Virus record (IMG/VR): IMGVR_UViG_3300010885_055964
Coordinates: 32,001 to 96,000 of that record
Origin: a virus
Direction: 5' to 3' (one strand)
DNA: 64,000 bases
A program made the position numbers and the translations under genes. A model generated the notes under the pieces. It saw only the letters and a list, made by a program, of their open reading frames with translations, was not told where the DNA came from and ran no database searches. This document shows positions 59,032 to 64,000 of this stretch, one piece after another; position 1 is the first letter of the stretch, and every line of letters starts with the position of its first letter.

Positions 59032-59520
59032 ATGGCTAACAATCGACCAGAAATAGCAATAGTAGGCAGTACATTTAGCGGCTATCCTAAAAATGCCGAT
59101 CCAATAGATGTATTAGCAGGCATATATCATGTAGCATATAGTGTTAATATTAATGGCGTACGCGGAATGGCTCTATTGATCTATGAGTTCGATGAACGTG
59201 ATATAGTACGCGAAGATGTGTATTCAACGCCACAGATAGCACAGCAGCTCAAGATATATTTAGGAGAACAGAGTCCTCTGACATATTCCTTGCTGTCATT
59301 ACCGGATGAACCCGTCCAATCGAGTGGGCGTAAGAATTCGAGCAAGGACTCGAGCAAGGAATCGGTGGCCAAAGCAAAAAACTTGTGCACCGTTTTGGTC
59401 TATGGTGAGAATCCAATGAACGAGAGCGACGTTCAAGTGGTCGCCAATATGATAACAGAAAACATAGACGATAATAATGGGATTGCTGAAATTAGCGAGC
59501 TGCTCCACATAGATAATTAA
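59032..59520 (+). CDS. Hypothetical protein
   Basis: 162 aa; contains a 12-bp tandem repeat at 59338-59361. Confidence 0.6.
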   Translation: MANNRPEIAIVGSTFSGYPKNADPIDVLAGIYHVAYSVNINGVRGMALLIYEFDERDIVREDVYSTPQIAQQLKIYLGEQSPLTYSLLSLPDEPVQSSGRKNSSKDSSKESVAKAKNLCTVLVYGENPMNESDVQVVANMITENIDDNNGIAEISELLHIDN

Positions 59521-59559
59521 AGCTGCGTGGGGGATTGCTGGCCGAGACAGAGGCTGAGT

Positions 59560-60003
59560 ATGCGACTTAACCAACTATGGTTAGAGTATAAAGGATATCA
59601 TCATGCACCAAATGCAGAAAATGGTGCCCCATTATATGATTTAAAGACTATATATCCTGATGATATATATTCAGCAGATGGTGCAAGAATATACGGTGCG
59701 CGGTGGTGGGGGAAAGTGGATGAAGAAGGAGAATCATATGATGAATTTGCTATAACCATATTGCGGTTAGCTCGAGGCGACCCAGATCGTCAGATAAAGG
59801 TGTACAGAGCTGTCCCGAAATCATTACCATCAGATGTACATATTAACCCAGGTGATTGGGTAACTATTACAAGGCAGTATGCAGAATTGCACGGTGATTA
59901 TGCTTTTAAAGAGCCGTATAAAATATTAACCAAGACCGTAAGAGCCAAGGAGTTATATACTGAGGGTAGTAGTATACATGAATGGGGATACAATCCATCT
60001 TGA
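59560..60003 (+). CDS. ADP-ribosyltransferase-like (polyvalent-protein type) domain protein
   Basis: VYRAVP, INPGDWVTITRQYAELHG, SIHEWGY; start moved to ATG 59560. Confidence 0.55.
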   Translation: MRLNQLWLEYKGYHHAPNAENGAPLYDLKTIYPDDIYSADGARIYGARWWGKVDEEGESYDEFAITILRLARGDPDRQIKVYRAVPKSLPSDVHINPGDWVTITRQYAELHGDYAFKEPYKILTKTVRAKELYTEGSSIHEWGYNPS

Positions 60004-60160
60004 CATCTGTAATACCTTCGCATTCGCACTGTATGAAATTAGACGATTCACGAGTACAGATATGTTACGTCAATGTTTGGGAAGCGTCGCGGACGATGCG
60101 GATAGGTACCATCTATATAACTCGCGATGATGGTTCGATAGTCGAAGTAAGCCTTAAATA

Positions 60161-60233
60161 GCCCCGTTCGTCTAGATGGTCAGGACGCGGCCCTTTCAAG
60201 GCCGAAACGCCGGATCGTTACCGGCACGGGGTA
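60161..60233 (+). tRNA. tRNA-Glu(TTC), CCA not encoded
   Basis: GCCCCGT/ACGGGGT acceptor, CGGCC-ctTTCaa-GGCCG anticodon arm, GCCGG-atcgtta-CCGGC T arm. Confidence 0.9.
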
Positions 60234-60342
60234 TTATTGGTACCGGTGTGATGGGAAACATCGAATATAAAATAACGATCGATACTGATGTATTAGAAAT
60301 GACGTTTGGATGGTGGATAGTTATTACTTTAGGAGAAAAGAA

Positions 60343-60750
60343 ATGCGTTACTTGATTATGTTAGTAATAGTGTCGATGCTTGGTGTGACTGCTAATGCCG
60401 GTGAATCTACATTGGTAGGTGATTGCTCAAGTGGCCGGTGTAATATAAGTTCTTCCAAGGCTCGTCCGGTTATAAACGTTGTAAAGGCACCAGTAAGTGC
60501 TGTAATCAATGTAGTGAAAGTCCCGGCAAGTGTTGCTTTGAATGTGGTCAAGGCTCCGATCATAGCAGTTGACCGCATAATTGATCGTCCCCGTGAGCAT
60601 GTGCGTGAGGTCTCTAGCAATTCTCATTGCGGTTGTGGCTGCGAGAGGTCCACTGTAGTATCTTCTCTATCAGAAAATAGCTGCCAAACCAGTTCTTCTG
60701 GCAGTTGTCGCAGCCGTAGGGTCTTTTCTAATATGCGGCGATGCAAGTAA
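60343..60750 (+). CDS. Secreted Cys/Arg-rich protein with 11-aa repeats
   Basis: Signal peptide MRYLIMLVIVSMLGVTANA; AGGAG RBS. Confidence 0.7.
   Translation: MRYLIMLVIVSMLGVTANAGESTLVGDCSSGRCNISSSKARPVINVVKAPVSAVINVVKVPASVALNVVKAPIIAVDRIIDRPREHVREVSSNSHCGCGCERSTVVSSLSENSCQTSSSGSCRSRRVFSNMRRCK
60475..60573 (+). repeat. Three degenerate 33-bp coding repeats
   Basis: NVVKAPVSAVI / NVVKVPASVAL / NVVKAPIIAVD. Confidence 0.8.
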
Positions 60751-60834
60751 GATTCCTTGGGCAAATATAATACGGAGACCGAGGAAATAAAAATCTAAGG
60801 TCGATGTAAAAAGTTAACCAAGGAGACACTGCTC

Positions 60835-61221
60835 ATGTCTGCACAGCCCGCAAACACGGATATTTCGGTTTTCCGAAGCATACGTAGTTATCGGCAGGCA
60901 CACCGGCATGAATCCGTAGCCGCCTTGATCAAACGGCTCCGCCCGCTGGTCATGAGCATTCCCGGCGACGAGGTTCTTGTCGAGGTCCTGACCCGTGACA
61001 CCAACGTAGTCGACTTCAGCCCATACATGGGTGAGGCTCGTCACACTGCTTCACGTGGTTTCCCGATTGTTGTTGGCCTTAAGCCGGTCGTATCGCTTGA
61101 GGATGCACAAGAGGGTATTCCTGATGTTGATTTCGCCTACCAGATCGGTGGCGACGTCTTCCTTAAGAATACCGCCGCAGGCCTCTCTGGCGACCTTCAT
61201 GGTGATGCTCGCGCACTTTGA
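60835..61221 (+). CDS. Hypothetical protein with GC-rich codon usage
   Basis: AAGGAG RBS; many C/G third positions. Confidence 0.7.
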   Translation: MSAQPANTDISVFRSIRSYRQAHRHESVAALIKRLRPLVMSIPGDEVLVEVLTRDTNVVDFSPYMGEARHTASRGFPIVVGLKPVVSLEDAQEGIPDVDFAYQIGGDVFLKNTAAGLSGDLHGDARAL

Positions 61222-61346
61222 AGTCGATCAGTGCTGGTAAACGCATTCGGCCCAGTAGTATTACTGGGCCGAATGCATATCCGGACATAATGATAGACAC
61301 AGACCCATTAATACTTCTCGCCAAACCTAAGATAAGGAGATAACAC

Positions 61347-61610
61347 ATGTCATTCGAGACCATAGTAATATATCGAGATCTGCCAATAAAAAACGGTTAC
61401 GTACAGATACCCCCCAATAATCCAAGACTCAATAGTATGGTTCAGGCAGATGTTGCTGCTGAATTAACTAATAATCAGATAGTTAGACTGTCATCTGGTT
61501 CAGGTAAACCAACAGGGTCTGGATACGGCCAGCAAGAATTTTTAAGGTTGGTCGGTATCAACCCAAATTCATGGTATACTGTCGATCCAGTAAGCCAATT
61601 GCTCGATTAA
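61347..61610 (+). CDS. Hypothetical protein
   Basis: AAGGAG RBS. Confidence 0.65.
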   Translation: MSFETIVIYRDLPIKNGYVQIPPNNPRLNSMVQADVAAELTNNQIVRLSSGSGKPTGSGYGQQEFLRLVGINPNSWYTVDPVSQLLD

Positions 61611-61629
61611 ATTTATAGAGGAGTCGAAC

Positions 61630-62172
61630 ATGCCCAGATTGGTACCATTTACATTGCACATTAAAATAGTACCTGATCACGGATCGGGTATACTAAAGAG
61701 CAAAAGATTAGAATATGTAAGAGATATGCAGAAGATAGCTAGTTTGATGTATAAGTCTGTTAGCAACATAGCTGGAATCCAATTGGCACAGCCTGGTGGT
61801 GGCCAACATGCATCTTATTATGGTGGAGACCACAACAATAGCGGCATGGTGAGTGGTATGGCAGTCAAGCCTCAATTTGGGGAAACGCCTGCACAGGTTA
61901 TGATAACTGGATTTGCAAACGATTCAGGATCAGCTAATGTCCAGAACTATGTCGAGATTCAACGTATATCTGGTAACGAAGTGTATACTGGATATGCCCC
62001 TAGTAGAGCTGAGTACAATCCGACTTCGAATCTTGATGATTTGGTGAGTGATCTTAAGGATTTAGTAACTAACGCTCTAGCTGCCGATTTACCATCTGGT
62101 ATAGTATATGATATCTTTAGAATAGAGATGTCGGGGGTGATTTATGGAGACAGAGGTTATCATTTTCCATGA
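61630..62172 (+). CDS. Hypothetical (probable virion) protein
   Basis: GAGGAG RBS; precedes neck gene. Confidence 0.65.
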   Translation: MPRLVPFTLHIKIVPDHGSGILKSKRLEYVRDMQKIASLMYKSVSNIAGIQLAQPGGGQHASYYGGDHNNSGMVSGMAVKPQFGETPAQVMITGFANDSGSANVQNYVEIQRISGNEVYTGYAPSRAEYNPTSNLDDLVSDLKDLVTNALAADLPSGIVYDIFRIEMSGVIYGDRGYHFP

Positions 62173-62354
62173 AAATGGCAAAGGAGGATCTTCAAAGAAT
62201 TAGGCACATAGTCGCTTTTAAAGGTGTTGAGATGACACCAGACCAGATAATCCAACTACTCCGAGAAGTAGAGCCTGATATCAGAATAGTAGAAGAGCCG
62301 GGTTTAGTGACGCTTATTAAGGAATTAGAAAATGGCGATAATAGCACCGGCTGA
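62169..62354 (+). CDS. Small hypothetical protein
   Basis: 61 aa, overlaps both neighbours. Confidence 0.55.
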   Translation: MKMAKEDLQRIRHIVAFKGVEMTPDQIIQLLREVEPDIRIVEEPGLVTLIKELENGDNSTG

Positions 62355-63114
62355 CCTACCATCGGTGCTAAAGCTCCGTAGTGAGCCAATGAAGAAGTAT
62401 GTATTAACTCAACTAGGCCATCCTGTTACCGAAGTAGAGATGACCGAGGACCAATGGGAAACCATATGGAAAGTAGCAGGTGATTTTATAGCTGGTTACT
62501 TTCCCAAAGAACAAAAGTTGGGATTATTTTACACGCATCCTTTAGAATCAACATACCCATTACCTGATGATGCTTATTGGATCCAAGAAGTGCATTGGGA
62601 TCCAGTAACCACTCGGATAGATGATGTTTTTGGTGCTGAGTCATTCCTATTCAACATAGGAAATATATCAGGAATACAGAACATATTATTAGATTACCAT
62701 TTACTGCAAGCGTACAGAAAATTCTCACAGAAGATATTAGGGACTGAAGGTCATTGGGAGGTGATAAATGAGGGGGTTAGTCATGTTCAAGGTGACAGTT
62801 TAAGTGCTAAAGATCAGAGGATAAGATTGTACCCAACCCCAAAGGGCGCATTTCCTGTAGTGGTTCTTTACATTCCAGTGATCAATCATTTTAGAAGCCC
62901 TCAAGCTAGAAGAGTATGTTATGATATGATGCTGGCAGAGGCAAAGTGTGTGTTGGGACATGCAAGGCGTAAAATACAGGGTATGCCAACACCAGATGGT
63001 GGTTCTATTAATTATGATGGTAATGATCTGGTCCAGGAAGGTGAAAAGATGAAGACAGAAGTACTCGAGATGGCGATTAAATTAGGTGAACCTCTCGGTG
63101 TTTGGACCTGGTGA
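62332..63114 (+). CDS. T4 gp13-like neck/head-completion protein
   Basis: KKYVLTQLGHPVTEVEMTEDQ; AKCVLGHARRKIQGMPTPDGGSINYDG. Confidence 0.75.
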   Translation: MAIIAPADLPSVLKLRSEPMKKYVLTQLGHPVTEVEMTEDQWETIWKVAGDFIAGYFPKEQKLGLFYTHPLESTYPLPDDAYWIQEVHWDPVTTRIDDVFGAESFLFNIGNISGIQNILLDYHLLQAYRKFSQKILGTEGHWEVINEGVSHVQGDSLSAKDQRIRLYPTPKGAFPVVVLYIPVINHFRSPQARRVCYDMMLAEAKCVLGHARRKIQGMPTPDGGSINYDGNDLVQEGEKMKTEVLEMAIKLGEPLGVWTW

Positions 63115-63198
63115 TTATTTAGATATCGATTGGGTATAGTGCATCTATAATCAAATATAAAGCGACGACCGATTAAAATATTATAAAACGTTGGTGCT

Positions 63199-63906
63199 AT
63201 GGTGCACACCTACATTAGGAATCAGCGTGCTCCTTATGATAATATAAGTATTGAAACAAGCCCTATTATCAATATGACAAGCATACGCGGCAAGATAGAC
63301 CAGACATACCAGTTGGAGATCACCGCTAACAATAAAATCATAATACCAGGCCAAGAACCTACATCTGCTGTATCTGCTCCTAAAATATCACCATATAACC
63401 CAGTAAGACATGATTATAACGTAATGGTCGATTATAAAGATGTGCTAGAAGCTATTCCGGGCAGTTATATAAAGTACGGCATGAATTTTAACAAGGGATC
63501 AAGACAAAAATGGATAGTATTCCCTCCATCGAATTACGATTGTCCCTGTGAGCCTAGGAAAGATTATTATCAAATATTAAGTACATTACCGTGTACAACA
63601 CCTTCAGTCGCTGAAGAATATGATAGGTGTGATATGCTAGGTATGGGTTATTGTCCATCACCTGATTTCGAACAAGAAGGTGCGTGCCCCACACCACAAC
63701 CTTATGTCAGAGAGGATTGTCCAACACCTTGCCCCAAGGGTCCTGTAGGACCAGTTGGACCACCAGGCCCTCCAGGAGATACGGTAACCAAGCTAGACCA
63801 GCTAATAGATGTGGTAGCACCACAACCAGTAGAAGGAAGTGGGCTCAGATATATCGATGGGGTCTGGAGGGATGTGCCAAATATCGTGGATGGCGGTGAA
63901 TTCTAA
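63199..63906 (+). CDS. Cys/Pro-rich protein with short collagen repeat
   Basis: CPTPCPKGPVGPVGPPGPPGD, C-terminal DGGEF. Confidence 0.7.
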   Translation: MVHTYIRNQRAPYDNISIETSPIINMTSIRGKIDQTYQLEITANNKIIIPGQEPTSAVSAPKISPYNPVRHDYNVMVDYKDVLEAIPGSYIKYGMNFNKGSRQKWIVFPPSNYDCPCEPRKDYYQILSTLPCTTPSVAEEYDRCDMLGMGYCPSPDFEQEGACPTPQPYVREDCPTPCPKGPVGPVGPPGPPGDTVTKLDQLIDVVAPQPVEGSGLRYIDGVWRDVPNIVDGGEF

Positions 63907-63914
63907 ATGAGATT

Positions 63915-64000
63915 ATGATGCCTGTTTATGACAATATTCGAATTCGACGACGCACAAGTGGAGCAGGTGGTCCACCAGCTTCGTTGCTCAATGCTGAACC
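63915..64000 (+). CDS. Tail-fibre-like protein start (Mtd/hyaluronidase N-terminal-like), partial
   Basis: My translation MMPVYDNIRIRRRTSGAGGPPASLLNAE. Confidence 0.55.
   Translation, partial: MMPVYDNIRIRRRTSGAGGPPASLLNAE

Noticed and set aside
59338-59364. 12-bp tandem repeat TCGAGCAAGGAC/A
   Set aside because: Two copies in a low-complexity linker (SSKD SSKE); probably trivial slippage
60240-60300. ACCGGTGTGATGGGAAAC, resembling a tRNA 5' end
   Set aside because: No anticodon arm, T arm or matching acceptor strand follows
1-64000. Alternative genetic code (TAG or TGA recoding)
   Set aside because: Conserved genes are full length under the standard code and end in TAA, TAG and TGA; no fragmented genes suggest recoding
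1-64000. CRISPR array, DGR, transposase or integrase
   Set aside because: No repeat-spacer array, reverse transcriptase, TR/VR pair or DDE/tyrosine/serine recombinase motifs were seen

Overview
This window looks like part of a large AT-rich tailed bacteriophage genome (jumbo or huge phage, T4-like grade). It uses the standard genetic code, has Shine-Dalgarno sites and is densely packed with genes. It contains four kinds of material. (1) A replication and recombination module: a two-gene DnaE, RecA, DnaB, a minimal family-A polymerase, a separate 5'-3' exonuclease, gp32-like SSB, UvsY-like protein, Mre11/Rad50 (gp47/gp46-like), a DinG/XPD-type helicase, endonuclease VII and a degenerate UDG. 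(2) Two divergent sigma-factor-like genes, an actin-family ATPase and GroES. (3) An unusually large set of glycan or protein-modification enzymes: GT2, GT32-like, GT27-like and CgeB-like glycosyltransferases, DUF115 domains, two sulfotransferases, a LicD-cytidylyltransferase fusion, a methyltransferase, a 2OG-Fe(II) oxygenase, radical SAM and a PaaK/CapK-like ligase. (4) Virion genes at both edges (collagen-like Cys-rich proteins, gp13-like neck protein, start of a tail fibre), one tRNA-Glu and one aberrant tRNA-like element. The strongest leads are a roughly 600-nt ORF-free, helix-dense, probably pseudoknotted candidate ncRNA at 1.5-2.15 kb, the split DnaE whose halves overlap and divide the active-site residues between them, the tRNA-like element with an inserted helix and a CUA-containing 6-nt loop, and the glyco-modification arsenal. 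All family calls come from motif recognition by eye; no searches were run. No capsid, terminase, integrase, CRISPR array or intein was seen.
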